Below are positions 25,536 to 39,900 of a stretch of 64,000 nucleotides of DNA, one piece after another (position 1 is the first letter of the stretch; every line of letters starts with the position of its first letter). The notes beneath the pieces are model-generated. The model worked only from the letters and a program-made list of their open reading frames with translations, had not been told where the DNA came from and searched no databases. Source of the DNA: Dendrobates tinctorius. Its lineage: Eukaryota. The stretch spans positions 92,070,001 to 92,134,000 of the forward strand of contig NW_027361738.1 in NCBI RefSeq assembly GCF_039654945.1, read 5' to 3'. The position numbers and the translations under genes are program-made.

Positions 25536-26571
25536 TTAACTCCTATATAATTTCAGGTTACACGTACTTGGCCCTGACCGACCTTTCATTCCTATGTAAC
25601 TTATTATTGAAATATAATATATGAATTGGATGGTAAGAGAACAATACATGAAAGGTGAAGAACACAATACCCGGCAGTAATAGAGACATAAGAACACAGA
25701 GATTGGGGTGTATTTCCTTAGATAAACTGTCCTCCTGTTGACCCAGGATCAGCCGGTTGTGATGTGTTTGTTTACGGGGCTGCAGCAGATGTTATATACG
25801 CCATTTGTGTGCTTAGGTGAGTCCGGTATTTGCCGAAAGTCTTCTTTCTTTCGTCCCATGAGTCAGTAGAATCTGTACTGTATATAGGGTTCACTTGCTT
25901 TAAATTTGGTGACCTCTTTAAACTATGGACTTACGTGCTGATATGACGTCCGCATGTGATCGTCGATATAAACTAAAAAAAAAAAAATTCTGGATTTATA
26001 ACTATGAGCCCATATTATGGGGCAAAAAGTGAAGTAACCAAGCTCATCCGCCCTTCTATGCGTCTAGGAATTCTCCTCTTTACTTGTCAGAAGGGTCTCT
26101 TGGAAAATAAACTAGTCACAAAGTGTCCGCCTGCTGAGACCACCAGCTCTATACTACGGAGAAACCTTGCAAAAAGTACTCAATTTCCCTACAGCGCCCC
26201 CGCAGGAGAACTGAAGTGTTACACAATCCCTATTCACTTTTTAGTGAGCTGATCGCCTAACCACATAACCGCATAGCAGCCTCCATGCTTATTAAAGGTG
26301 AAATTGAGCTTTAATTAACTCCCCCCAGAGCTGCATCCAGCTGTATAAGGGGAACATTGCATGGCATGTACGTGATACTTGTATTTCTTCATGTGAATGG
26401 ATAGCCGTGTGTGATGCATGAAGTTGTGTTCACCATAATGAGAGCTGCTCTTACGCAGGGTCTTCAGGGTCTCATCTATAAAGTCCATAGTATTATTATT
26501 AGTATTATTAATTATTATAGCACCATTTATTCTATGGCGCTTTACAATTGCAGTTAATACTTATGGATGTA

Positions 26572-27330
26572 CAGTGCAGTGAAAATGTATTCATACCCTG
26601 TGAACTTTCACATTACACCCACAAATTTAGATGTATATCGGGGGGATTTATTTTATATGATACCAACACAATGTAGCAAGTATTTGTGAATAGTAAAGGA
26701 AATGATCCAAAGTTTTCTAAATATTTAAAAAATTTGAACATTGTGATGTGTATTTGTATTCAGCCCCCCTACGGCTAATTTCACATTAGCGTTTTTTTGC
26801 GCAGCGCTTCGTGCGCAATACAAACGCATGCAAAAGACACATCATGCGTTTTTGCATGCGTTTGTGTTTTTTATGCGCATTCGTTCTCTAGGGGTTAAAA
26901 CCAGTGTCTACACATATTTACGCCAAAAACGCATGCGCACGAAAACGCAGACGAACGCATGTCCTTGCGCACGCCTGCGTTCCCATAGACTGTAATGCGT
27001 TATTTTGACGCATTCCATGCGCAAGCGTTTTTTTAACGCCTTTCAACGGACCCAAAAATGCAACAGGTCGCGTCTTGTGCACCTAGGCGCACACGATGAA
27101 AAAAACGCATGCGCACGAAAACGCAGACGAACGCGTGCTGATGCAAGACCATGCGCCCACCTTGTTAAACATAGGTACGCATGCGCACGATGCGCTGCGC
27201 AAAAAAGCGCTAATGCGAAACCAGCCTTAGTCAATACTTTGTAGGACCACCTTTCGCTGCAGGTCTTTTGTGATATGTCTCTGAAAGTTTTCCACATCTA
27301 GAGGTGACGTTTTTGTCCCTTCTTCTTTGT
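26572..27330 (-). mobile_element. Old Tc1 end fragment interrupted by a MITE
   Basis: TA|CAGTGCAGTGAAAATGTATTCATACCC terminus and inner repeat TGTATTCAGCCCCC. Resumes after the MITE as TCAATACTTTGT, matching the transposase KY-stop end seen at 40977. Confidence 0.55.
26773..27226. mobile_element. Palindromic GGCT-ended MITE (PIF/Harbinger-like)
   Basis: GGCTAATTTCACATTAGCG ... CGCTAATGCGAAACCAGCC; internal AACGCATGCG repeats. Confidence 0.75.
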
Positions 27331-27343
27331 ATCATTTCCTTTA

Positions 27344-28259
27344 GGCTAAGTGCACACGTAGCGGAACTCTCGCGGAAATTACCGCGAGAATTACGGATTC
27401 CATTCCGCGGGAAAATCGCATTTAAATTCCTGCGATTTTTCCTGCAGAAAAACTAGCGTTTTACAAGCGTAATTAGCTTGCAGAATTGCTAGCTTTTTCC
27501 AAGCGATCTGTAGCATCGCTTGGAGAACTGATTGACAGGTTGGTCACACTCGTCAAACATAGTGTTTGACGAGTGTGACTAACGTTTTACTATTGAGGCC
27601 GCCTATGCGGCATCAGTAGTAAAAGATAGGATGTAAAAAATAATTAAAAAAAAAAATTTGTTATTCTCACCTTCCGCGTCCCACGCAGCCCTCCCGCCTC
27701 TCTCCACGCTCCCGGTCCCAGTAATCCTTTGCGCGAATGACCGCGAGACTTCGCGCTCCCGCAACGTCATCGCGAATGACCGCGAGACGTCGTTTTCCCG
27801 CGAGATCTCGACGTCATCGCGGTCATTCTTGCAAAGGCTTACTGGGACCGGGAGCGTGGAGAGAGGCGGGAGGGCTGCGTGGGACGCGGAAGGTGAGAAT
27901 AACAATATTTTTTATTTTAATTCTATTTTTTGCAGGGATATGGTACCCAAAGCCCGGAGGACAATCTCTGCTCCTCCGGACCGTGGGTACCATCCGCAAA
28001 TGTTCTGCTTACTTTTCGCAAGGTGTGCACAGCCACAGCGGAAAATAAGCGGCACAATGCATTCCTATGGGTGCGGGATCGCCGCAATTCCGCTAAATTA
28101 ATGAGCATGCTGCGTTTTTTACCGCAAAGCGATTCCGCCACGGAAAAAAGCGCAGCATTAGCACAGCATTGCGGAATCCCATAGGAATGAATGGGATGCT
28201 TATTTTTCGCGGCAAAATCGAAAACCAACGCGAAAAAAACACGACGTGTGAACATAGCC
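27344..28259. mobile_element. PIF/Harbinger-like MITE with TTA TSD and GC-rich internal palindrome
   Basis: TTA|GGCTAAGTGCACACG ... CGTGTGAACATAGCC|TTA; near-perfect hairpin at about 27655-27905. Confidence 0.8.
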
Positions 28260-28397
28260 TTACACTTTATAAATACTCGTTACCTTGTGCTCGTTTATCA
28301 CATGAGATCCTAAAAAAATACATTTAAGTTTGTCGGTGTAACGTGAAAAAATGAGGAACAGTTCATGTAGTATGAATAATTTTGAATGGCACTGTAA

Positions 28398-28776
28398 GGC
28401 TGTGTGCACACGCTGCGGATTTTGCTGCGGTTCCGCAGCGGTTTTGGCCGCTGCGGACCCGCAGCAGTTTTTGCTGCGGTGTACAGTACCATGATTCCCT
28501 ATGGGAATCAAAAACCGCAGTGCAGACGGTGCGGAATTTTCCGCGCGGATTATCTGCGGTTTTCAATCCGCAGAAAGAATTGACATGTCAATTCTTTCTG
28601 CGGATTCTCCTGCGGTTTGCCATCTCCTCCATTGAGGAGATGAAAAACCGCAGGGCAAAACCGCAGAGCAATCCGCAGGTAAAACCGCAGGTCTTTTGAC
28701 CTGCGGTTTCACCTGCGGATTTTACAAAATCCGCGCGGATGAATCCGCACATAATCCGCAGCGTGTGCACACAGCC
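28398..28776. mobile_element. PIF/Harbinger-like MITE with TAA TSD
   Basis: Perfect 24-bp TIR GGCTGTGTGCACACGCTGCGGATT, with TAA on both sides. Confidence 0.87.
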
Positions 28777-29432
28777 TAAACGTTTTTTCCATGAGTCATC
28801 CCCCAGCGGCAGGATTACTGCTCCTACTCGGCATGGATTGATGTGGAGTGATGGAGTTGTGCATATACAGGCCTCACGTGAACGCTCTGCCCTAAGTACT
28901 ACTGAATGTCTTCTTGCTCCCAGAAACAGTGGCGCTATACTTATTTGAAGGAGACTTAGCTGCAAGTCAAATATATTTTACTGTATTAGTATGTATCATC
29001 CTCAAGAGCTGCACTCACAATTCTGCTGTTTGTTATTGGACTGGTTCTATTACATTCACTAACCTTAGATTCTGCTGTAGGAATGACACCCTGTACCTGT
29101 CAGCATTTCCTGAAAGACAGTGTACACCTTCATATAGATTTTTTTCATTGCTCAGTTCCTTCCTTAATGCAAAGTTTAGCAACTTACAAAATAATATTCA
29201 GTAAAACTGTACATATTACTGCTGCAGAATGCCTGTTTTTTTATCTAGCTGAGTTGTCCACAAAATTGTTACAAATTCGTGCTCGGTTCTGATGGTTCTG
29301 ATGGCTCTCTCTACACTCCTCCTCCCTTCTCTCATTTTTAGAGATAGCAGCAGGTGAGGGTGTTGCACACAGATGTCAACAGTGTGAAAAGGAAGGATAT
29401 TATCTAGAGATGCATGAAGCAAGACAGCAGCA

Positions 29433-31036
29433 CCCAGACCTCACACCCAGACGTTACATCCAGCCTATATTACTGGAAGAGACACGCAGACATCACATCC
29501 AGCCTATATTACTGGGAGAGCCATACAGATCTCACATCCAGCCTATATTACAGGAAGAGACACGCAGACATCACATCCAGTCTATATTACTGGGAGAGTC
29601 ACACAGATCTCACATCCAGCCTATATTACTGGGAGTGACACAGAGCTCACATCCAGCCCATATTACTAGGAGAGACACACAGATCTCATATTCAGCCTAT
29701 ATTATTACTGGGAGAGACACGGACCTCACATCCAGCCTATATTATTACTGGGAGTGACACAGACCTCACATCCAGCCTATATTACTGGGAGAGTCACACA
29801 GATCTCATATCCAGCCTATATTACTGGGAGTGACACAGAGCTCACATCCAGCCCATATTACTAGGAGAGACACACAGACCTCATATTCAGCCTATATTAT
29901 TACTGGGAGTGACACGGACCTCACATCCAGCCTATATTATTACTGGGAGTGACACAGACCTCACATCCAGCCTATATTACTGGGAGAGACACGCAGACAT
30001 CACATCCAGCCTATATTACTGGGAGAGTCACACTGCTCCCACGTTCCAAAGACATACTTATAGGGAATTTAGATTGTGAGCCCTATCGGGGACAGCTATT
30101 ATAATGTGTGCAAACTGTAAAGCGCTGCGGAATATGTTAGCGCTATATAAAAATAAAGATTATTATATTACTGGGAGGGATACACAGACCTCACATCCAG
30201 CCTATATTACTGGAGGACACGCAGACCTCACATTCAGCCTTTATTACTGGAGGATTTCCAGACCTCACATCCAGCCGATATTATGGCGGGGACATCCAGT
30301 CCTCACATCGAGCCTATATTATGGGTCAGGGGAAACATTCAGACCTCACATCCAGCCTATATTATGGGAGGGACATCCAGACCTCACATCCAGCTTATAT
30401 TTCTGTAGGACACACAGACCTCACATACAGCCTATATTAGTGGAGGACATACAGAAATCACATACAGCCCATATTACTGGGACAGACACACAGACCTCAC
30501 ATCTAGCCTATATTACTGGGAGACACACACAGAGCTCACATCCAGCCTATATTACTGGGAGAGGCACACACAGAGCTCACATCCAGCCTATATTACTGGG
30601 ACAGACGCACAGACCTCACATCTAGCCTATATTACTGGGAGACACACACAGAGCTCACATCCAGCCTATATTACTGGGAGAGGCACACACAGAGCTCACA
30701 TCCAGCCTATATTATTGGACAGTGCCCAGACCTTACATCCAGCCTATATTACTGGAAGAGACACACAGAAATCACAAATAGTCTATATTACTGGGAGAGA
30801 CAGACCTCACATGTAGCCTATATTGCTTGAGGACACTCAGACATCACATCCAGCCTGTATTAATTGAGGTTGAGGTTGCATAGACATCGCACCAATTCTA
30901 TTTTACTAGGAGAGACACAAATCTCATTTCCATCCTATGTTACCAGTCGGTGATGCACAAAGGCCTTACATCCAGCCAATATTACCGTGGGGAAGTATAC
31001 AGACATCACATCCAGCCTATATTACTGGGAGAGACA
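29433..31036 (+). repeat. ~38-bp minisatellite
   Basis: Tandem CAGACCTCACATCCAGCCTATATTACTGGGAGAGACA; degenerates toward the 3' end. Confidence 0.92.
30032..30165 (+). mobile_element. 5'-truncated SINE with L2-derived tail (V-SINE-like) inside the minisatellite
   Basis: CTCCCACGTTCCAAAGACATAC ... AGATTGTGAGCCC ... GTAAAGCGCTGCGGAATATGTTAGCGCTATATAAAAATAAAGATTATTA. Confidence 0.65.
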
Positions 31037-32399
31037 ATTTCACAGGAAAAAAATTATCTGAAACTTTGACCCTCATATCAGTGGTCTAAATATGAATGAA
31101 GAAATGAAGCTTAGTAACTGAAGTTAACCACTAAAATAAGGAATAATATATATTTTTTATGTCCACAGCTTTTGACGTCCCACACTGTAGAGTTTCTTGG
31201 ACAGTTTGTTTTTCCCCATTTCAGTTTTTTGCAAACACTGAACAAGTAGTGATAACAGGAGACAGCAGGATGGTGACTGCAGCTCAGGATGTGATATAAA
31301 ACGACATAATTCAATAACATTTCAATTTATTTGGCTTAGCTATATCTCAGACAATATATATCTGTGAGGTTATTCTGTTGATGATAATTAGTGATATGTA
31401 CTGAGATTAAAAAAGATACAAAATCCATTGATTTCAAAGGGAGAGTGTAGTGAGCGTAGTGAGCGGAGACATAAGAATGGGAGGAATTGAGTTGTCCCCA
31501 GCGCCAATTATTGTCCATTGAGCTTTCCCAGTCTGATAGTTGTTCGACTGGAACAAAAGAAAGAACTGAATCACACAATTGACCCCACACATGTTCAGAA
31601 AAATGATTGATGGCGGCTGAGGAAGGTAGGAAAGGAGGAGAGAGCAAGTCAAGCATATAGTCTACTCTCTATTAAAGTCTATGGCATATATGGGAGCAGT
31701 TGAGCTAATATATGGCAGCACATATTCATTATTTCTCCTTACAAATAATTATATTTTTACCCCTGCGTTAACAGAAAATACATAAAATATAATTACGCCC
31801 ATTTACCAGGATCTATTTTGTAAACCTTGTAGCAGATTTATACCACTTTTTCTCATATTATGAGACAGTATTTGTTTTTTTTTTTCTGTCTACGCAATCA
31901 AACACAAAAAGACTCTGTTCAGTGTGCCAATTAGATCGGCTTGGATAAACATTAGGGCAGAACTGACATTTGAGTGCTGGATATTAGGTAAGTATTGTCT
32001 ACAGACAGCGCGAAAGCAAAGTATTGCAAAAAGATGGGGTCATCGAATGGAGATATCAATTTTTAATATTGTAGCTTATAACTATATACCAGCTTATATC
32101 TGGTATATAGTTATTTCAACTTACTCTGCTTGTCCCCTTATGTTGTGAGGTCAAGAAACTTTTGTGCTTTATGATCCATGTAGTGCTGGACATCTGTTTA
32201 TCTGACCACAACATTTTATTGGGTCCTGCTGTCTCAATTTAGTTTGATTGATTAACGAGAAGAGAGAGAGCACAAAAAAAGGAAACAAAATCTAAGCCTT
32301 AGGCTCCTATATATTCAGACATAGCTTGGGGGAGCATTTATGCAAGGGGCATTTATGCACATATAATCGAAGTACATGTTTCAAAGTACTGACAGTTAT

Positions 32400-35300
32400 A
32401 ACATGGCAGTTAGACAGGGCAGGAGACAGGTAAGACATTTATATACATCTACTCCCTGTACATTTGGCATACAACAAATATATACCATATGCATTTGTGT
32501 AATTTATATCCTGTCCGCTGCATTCACACACATCCACCGCCCTGGCATTAACTCTCTACACTCCATCCATATCGGCCCCTCGCTCCTTTCCTCTCCTATG
32601 TATAGCACTCACGCTCTTTTCACATTGTTAAATTGCACAGATGCAGTCAGTCCCACCATTCAACACCAGAGACGCTCTCACAAATCACTTAACCATCTGC
32701 TCACTCTTTCTATCCTCCTTCTCCTAGTCGCAGGAGACATTGCTCCCAACCCTGGTCCCCCATGTTATAGAAAGTCAAACCCTCCAACTGCTACACTCAG
32801 AAACCCCTCTAATCTTATTAATATTCCCTGCATGCCATCTGTCTCTCTTAATTCTGCACTTTGGAATTCTCACTCAGTGTGTAACAAACTCTCCTTCACT
32901 CATGACTTTTTCCTTTCTAATTCTCTTAACCTCCTGGCTCTTACTGAAACCTGGATCCAGCAGTCAGACACTACCGCTGCTGCTGCTCTTTCATACGGGG
33001 GACTACACTTCTCTCATACCCCAAGATCAGACAATAGAGCAGGTGGAGGCGTTGGTCTGCTCCTATCACCAAAATGTACCTTTCAGGTTATCCCTCAACT
33101 ACCCTCACTTGTCTTCCCTTCTTTTGAGGTCCATGCCGTAAGACTCTACACCCCCTTCTCCATGCGAGTGGCGGTGGTGTATCGTCCTCCCGGCCCCTCC
33201 CATCAGTTCCTGGATCATTTTGCCACTTGGCTTCCACATTTTCTCTCCTGTGACATCCCTACCCTCATCATGGGCGATTTCAACATCCCCATTGCTCTTC
33301 CCCTCTCCCCATCTGCTACTCACCTTTTATCTCTAACCTCCTTGTTAGTCTTTCGCAGCTTACTAATTCTCCAATGCATGAAGATGGAAACTCCCTCGAC
33401 TTGGTCTTCTCTCGGCTTTGTGCAGTGGATGATTTTGCAAACTCCCCTCTCCGGCTCTCTGACGACAATCTTCTTTCTTTCTGTATCAATAACTGCCAGG
33501 CCGCTCAGGTCACCCCCACTGTCCAGACTTATAGAAACATACAGGCCATTAACGCCCAGAAACTTATGAAGAACTTGCGGTCTTCATTGGCCCCTATCTC
33601 CTCCCTCTCCTGTCCTGATTCTGCATTGAAGCATTACAATGAAACATTTCAAAGTGCCCTGGATGAATTTGCACCCCCTATACATAGAACACCACAACAC
33701 AGATGGCGACAACCCTGGCACACAGTGCAAATACGTTTTCTGCAGCGGTGCTCCAGGTGTGCCGAACGTCTGTGGAGAAAATCCAACCTACACAAAGATT
33801 TCATCCATTATAAGTTTATGCTTAGAACATACAACACTGCCCTTCACCTCTCCAAACAAACCTATTTCAACACCCTCATCACCTCACTGTCCAATAACCC
33901 GAAACGTCTCTTTGACACTTTTCATTCTCTACTCAATCCAAGAGTACAGGCCCCAACCACGGAGCTCCGAGCTGACGATCTGGCCAATTACTTCAAAGAA
34001 AAAATTGACCAGATTCAACAGGAAATTATCTCCCACTCCCCTCATACCATGCACTGTCCTCCCTCCCCCACTGCATCTAACTCACTCTCTGATTTTGAAC
34101 CAGTCACAGAAGAAGTAAGCAGGCTCCTTGCATCTTCTCGCCCAACCACTTGCACCAGTGACACATTTCCGTCACATCTCCTCCAGTCCCTTTCCCCTGC
34201 TGTCACCCCTCACCTAACTAAAATATTTAACCTCTCTCTCTCTTCTGGTATCTTTCCCTCCTCAATTAAGCATGCCATCAAACATCCACTACTTAAAAAA
34301 CCATCCCTCGACCAAAACTGTGCCGCTAACTATAGACCTGTCTCTAATCTTCCCTTTATCTCTAAACTCCGGGAACACCTGGTCCACTCCCGTCTTATCC
34401 GCTATCTCTCAGAAAACTCTCTTCTCGACCCTCTCCAATCCAGTTTCTGCTCTTTACACTCTACTGAAACTGCCCTCACTAAAGTCTCTAATGATCTACT
34501 AACAGCTAAATCAAATGGTCATTACTCCATGCTAATTCTCTTGGATCTCTCTGCAGCATTCGACACTGTGGATCATCAGCTCCTCCTCACTATGCTCCGT
34601 TCCATTGGCCTAAAGGACACCGTTCTCTCCTGGTTCTCCTCCTATCTCTCTGACCGCTCCTTTACTGTATCTTTTGCCGGTTCCTCCTCCTCTCACCTTC
34701 CCCTTACTGTTGGGGTTCCTCAAGGATCGGTTCTAGGCCCCCTCCTCTTCTCCTTGTACACTGCCCCTATTGGTTAAACAATCAGTAGATTTGGTTTCCA
34801 GTACCATCTCTATGCTGATGACACCCAATTATACGCTTCTTCTCCTGACATCACGCCAGCCTTTCTAGAAAACACCGGCGATTGTCTAAACGCTGTGTCT
34901 AACATCATGTCCTCACTATATCTGAAACTGAACCTGTCAAAGACTGAACACCTTGTGTTTCCTCCCTCTACTAATGTACCTATACCCGACATTGCCATTT
35001 CTGTGTGTGGTTCCACTATTACTCCCCAGCAACATGCCCGCTGTCTTGGGGTCATACTTGACTCCGAGCTTTTCTTTGCCCCCCACATTCGATCACTGGC
35101 TCGCTCTTGTCATCTGCACCTCAAAAACATTTCTAGAATTCGACCTTTTCTTACTTTTGACTCTGCAAAAACTCTTACTGTTTCTCTTATTCATTCTCGT
35201 CTCGACTATTGTAGCTCTCTTCTAATCGGTCTCCCTCTTACCAAACTCTCCCCTCTCCAATCTGTCTTGAATGCTGCAGCCAGGATCATATTCCTCACCA

Positions 35301-36018
35301 ATCGTTACACCGATGCCTCTACCTTGTGCCAGTCATTACACTGGCTACCCATCCACTCCAGAATTCAGTATAAACTTATTACCCTCACCCACAAAGCCCT
35401 CCATGGCTCAGCACCACCCTACATCTCCTCCCTTGTTTCAGTATACCACCCTACCCGCGCCCTCTGTTCTGCTGATGACCTGAGGTTAGCATTCTCAATA
35501 ATCAGAACCTCCCACTCTCGTCTCCAAGACTTTACACGTGCTGCGCCAATTCTTTGGAATGCACTTCCCAGGTCAATACGATTAGTCCCCAATCCCCACA
35601 ATTTTAAGCGTGCCCTGAAAACGCATTTATTCAGACTGGCCTATCGCCTCAACACATTAACCTAATCTATCCCTGTGTGGCACAGGCAAAAGTTTACTAT
35701 AACCAGGTTCCCCGTCTCATGTTCCCACATGCTTTATGCATCCATTAGCCCTCTGTGTCTGTACTGTTACACACTTAACATTATGGCTGGTCCATACAAT
35801 CAGGGCAACTGTTACCACCCACCTTTCATGTCTACCTCTTTCCTCATAGACTGTAAGTTTGCGAGCAGGGCCCTCAGTCCTCTTGGTATCTGTTATAATC
35901 TACGTGATTATTGTTATGCTGTAATGTCTATTTGTCTATTGTCTGTACAAGTCCCCTCTAAAATGTAAAGTGCTGCGGAATATGTTGGCGCTATAGAAAT
36001 AAAATTTATTATTATTAT
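32400..36018 (+). mobile_element. L2-clade LINE, family A, decayed (5' limit approximate)
   Basis: APE motifs (LALTETW, VYRPPG, MGDFN) and RT motifs ([33 protein letters not shown]). Frameshift near 33340, stop at 34775-34777, 3' stem-loop and (TTA)n tail. Confidence 0.92.
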
Positions 36019-36266
36019 AGTATGTAATTGTGATGTCATTATGAGCCAGTATGTGATTTTTAGTGTATGTATGTGCCTGATGAAGAGGACAAACCGTACA
36101 CTTGAAATCTATAGCCAATAAACAGCTTTCATTACCTGAAGCTGGTTTGCCAGTGGGTTCTTCCTGTGCAATGCCTGGGTGATACCACTTCTTGTTTCCT
36201 CGGTTCCCATAGTATAGCATTTGGAAGTATTTGGTATTAAATAATGTATTACTGATACATTATATT

Positions 36267-36972
36267 TGTCAGGAACACCGCACTCTACTTGCTCACTGAG
36301 CCAGTGCGCGTGTCCTGAGTGTCAGGATCCTGTCAGCGCCGGCGTACAGCCTCCGCTGAGCTTGGACTCACCCGCACTGTAGGGGTACCGGGGTCAGGTA
36401 CAGCCAGAAAGTACCGATGCACAGGACCTGTGGATGCTGAAGTTTAGCAAGCAGACACCGGACCTACGGTCATGTGACTGCAAGGGGGCGGGGATTACCG
36501 TCCTGCTTAGTGAGATGGAAAGACACTATACAGAATTACTCAGAGTCAGGCAAAACGGAGGTCATACACAGAGATAGCCGTAACGTACCAAGGATGAGAC
36601 AGAGCTGATAGTCAGGGCCATGCAGCAGTCAAAACCAAACAGACATAGAAGGTACCAAGCAGAATCCGAAGCAATATCCAGAGAACAGACCGAGTCATAC
36701 ACAGATTATCAAGCAACCAGAACACAGCACTAACACACTCAGGGGTCACCACACAATGCCAAGGGCAAGAGTATAACTGACGGGGATGGGAGCGTCCTGA
36801 GGCTATAAGAAGCCTCTCCCAGAACCAGGGAGAGGCCACAATCATAGCCCCAGGTGTGCAGGTAAGCCTGCACCGGCATCACAACCTTTAACCCCAGAAA
36901 TGCCAGTCATCTGCACTGGTTCCAGACATTAACCCCACGTGTGCGAGTCAAACCCGCACTGAGATTATGACA
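36267..36972 (-). repeat. 3' LTR (706 bp)
   Basis: TGTCAGG...ATGACA; direct repeat of 42839-43545; adjacent to the PPT. Confidence 0.95.
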
Positions 36973-36983
36973 GTACCCCCCTC

Positions 36984-39900
36984 TCAACGGGGGGCCTCTG
37001 GATCCCCAGGCTTGCCTGGGTACTTAGCATGGAAAGCTCGCACCAGGCGATCAGCATGCATCAACCGGGCCGGTACCCAGGAACTGTCTTCCGATCCATA
37101 CCCCTTCCAGTGAACCAGGTACTGTACCGACCGCCGTACCAACCTGGAATCTACAATATGACCAACCTCGTACTCCACCTGCCCCTCGACCAAAACAGGA
37201 GAAGCAGCAGACTCGGAGTCTCCCCGGACTGCTTCAAAAGGTTTCAGTAGAGATTTGTGGAAGACATTAGGGATCTTGAAAGAGGGTGGAAGGCACAGCC
37301 TATACGCCACTGGATTGATTTTTTCCACAATCTTGTATGGGCCAATGAATTTGGGCCCCAACTTAGCTGAAGGAACCTTCAGCTTAATGTTTCGAGTGGA
37401 GAGCCAAACCTTGTCTCCAACCTGAAACATGGGCCCTAGTGTTCGTTTCCTGTCCGCGAAAAACTTATACCTGCCCTGAGACCTAGATATACTCCGCTGA
37501 ACTTCTGCCCACGTATTCTGTAATCGCTGAACAGAGCCCTCAGCCCCGGGACACCCCGAGTCGAAACGAGAAAACTCACCAAAATGAGGACTGAACCCAT
37601 AATTGATCAAAAAAGGAGTCATATCCGTGGATTGACTCACCCGACTATTGAAGCCAAATTCAGCCAACGGCAGTGCATCGCACCAGTCATTCTGTCTAGC
37701 AGAGGTTAGACACCTGAGGATCTGTTCCAGGGACTGGTTAGTGCGCTCCGTCTGACCATTGCTCTCAGGATGGTATGCAGACGAAAAGGACAGAGACATC
37801 CCTAATTTTTTGCAGAAAGCACGCCAAAACTTAGCCACAAACTGCACACCACGATCAGACACCACATTCAGGGGTACCCCATGCAACCGGATCACATGCT
37901 GCACAAACAACCTGGACAACGTCTCAGCTGACGGTAGTGCGGACAGGGGTACAAAATGAGCCTGCTTAGAAAACCTGTCCACCACTACCCATACCACTGT
38001 ATTACCCTTAGATGGAGGGAGATTGGTAACAAAATCCATGGATAAGTGAGTCCATGGTCTTTCGGGCACTGCCAAGGCCATCAGCTCCCTTGCCGGCCGG
38101 CTATGAGCGCTTTTAGAACGAGCGCAGACCCCACAACCAGCAATGAATTTTTTATGTCCGAACCAAGGGTAGGCCACCAAAAGATCCTAGCCACCGCCAG
38201 ACATGTGGCTGAAATACCAGGGTGAGCACTCAACTTGGATTCATGGAACTCCTGCAAGAGTTTCAGGCGAAGTTGCTCTGGGACAAACAACTTCCACTCT
38301 GGCTTGGCCGCCAGGGCCCGCGACTGGGCCCCCTGAATCTCCCGTTCCAATTCAGATGAGACCTCTGCAATCACAACCCCAGGGTGAAGAATGGAGGACG
38401 GTGGCTCAGGGGGTGACACCGGCTGAAAACTGCGCGATAAGGCGTCAGCCTTGACATTCTTAGACCCTGGATGAAATGTAATCGTAAACTGAAAATGGGA
38501 AAAAAAAGTGACCAACGGGCCTGTCTGGGTGTTAGTCTTTTAGCAGACTCAATGTATGACAAATTTTTGTGATCCGAGATCACCGTAACCGGGTGACTGG
38601 CCCCCTCCAAAAAGTGCCTCCATTCTTCAAACGCCAATTTGACCGCAAGAAGCTCTCTATTGCCTACGTCGTAATTTCTTTCCGCAGCAGAGAACTTCTT
38701 GGAAAAGAAAGCACATGGCCTGAGGTTGGTTAGACTGGCAGGCCATTGGGACAACACCGCCCCCACCCCCACCTCAGAGGCGTCCACTTCCACGACGAAT
38801 GGTTTGGACGGATCTGGCTGTACTAACACAGGAGCAGACATAAAGCTTCTTTTCAGGGTCGCAAAGGCCTCTTTTGCGAGCGAGGACCTAGTTTCTCACA
38901 TCCGCACCTTTACAAGTAAGATCTGTGAGTGGTTTGACCACCTGTGAAAACCCCCGAATAAATTTGCGGTAATAATTGGTGAACCCCAAGAAGCGCTGAA
39001 GACCCTTAAGGTCTCGGGGTTGCACCCAATCCGCAATGACCTGCACCTTCTTGGGGTCCATGCGAAAACCCTCACAGGACACAATTAATCCCAAAAAAGA
39101 CAATTCTTGAATAAAAAACACATATTTCTCCAATTTGGCATACAGATGATTTTCCCTCAGTCTTTGGAGAACGGTTCGTACATGATTCAGATGAGATTGA
39201 CTGTCGTGTGAGTATATCAGAATATCGTCTAAGTAAATGGCAACAAAACGACCAATGAGATCCGAGAATACCACGTTGATGAAATTCTGAAATATGGCTG
39301 GGGCATTGGTAAGACCAAACGGCATGACTAAATTTTCAAACAGTCCCTCGGTCGTGAGGAACACGGTTTTCCATTCATCCCCCTCCCGGACCCTTATCAA
39401 ATTATATGCCCCCGAAGATCCAGTTTGGAGAACCATTTTGCCTCTGAAAGTTGGTTACACAAATCTGGAATCAACGGAAGGGGGTACGTATTTCGTACAG
39501 TAATCTTGTTCAGCTCACGAAAATCGAGGCAGGGACGTAAACCACCATCTTTTTTCTTAACAAAAAAACCCCTGCCGCCACAGGTGAGACTGAGGGACGT
39601 ATGTGTCCTTTGCGAAGACTCTCAGCAATGTAATCTTTCAAGGCCAAGCGCTCAGGGCCAGACGGACTTTAGGCAATTTAGCCCCTGGGACTAACTCGAT
39701 AGCACAGTCAAAGGGTGTATGTGGCGGCAACGTCTCGGCCTCGCTTTCAGAGAACACATCTTCGAATTCTTTCAGGTACTCCGGAATACCTTCCAGCTCG
39801 ACAGATGACACAGATACAGATTTAACAGGTTCAACCAATAGTGCAGACTTATCACATAACATCGAATCATTAAACCCCCACTGAACAATCTCCCCCGTTT

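Noticed and set aside
27603-28965. Cluster of overlapping ~100-150-aa ORFs
   Set aside because: These are by-products of GC-rich palindromic MITEs; the same peptide appears on both strands.
29410-30625. ORFs with HIQPILL/TSSLYY repeats
   Set aside because: These are translations of the 38-bp minisatellite.
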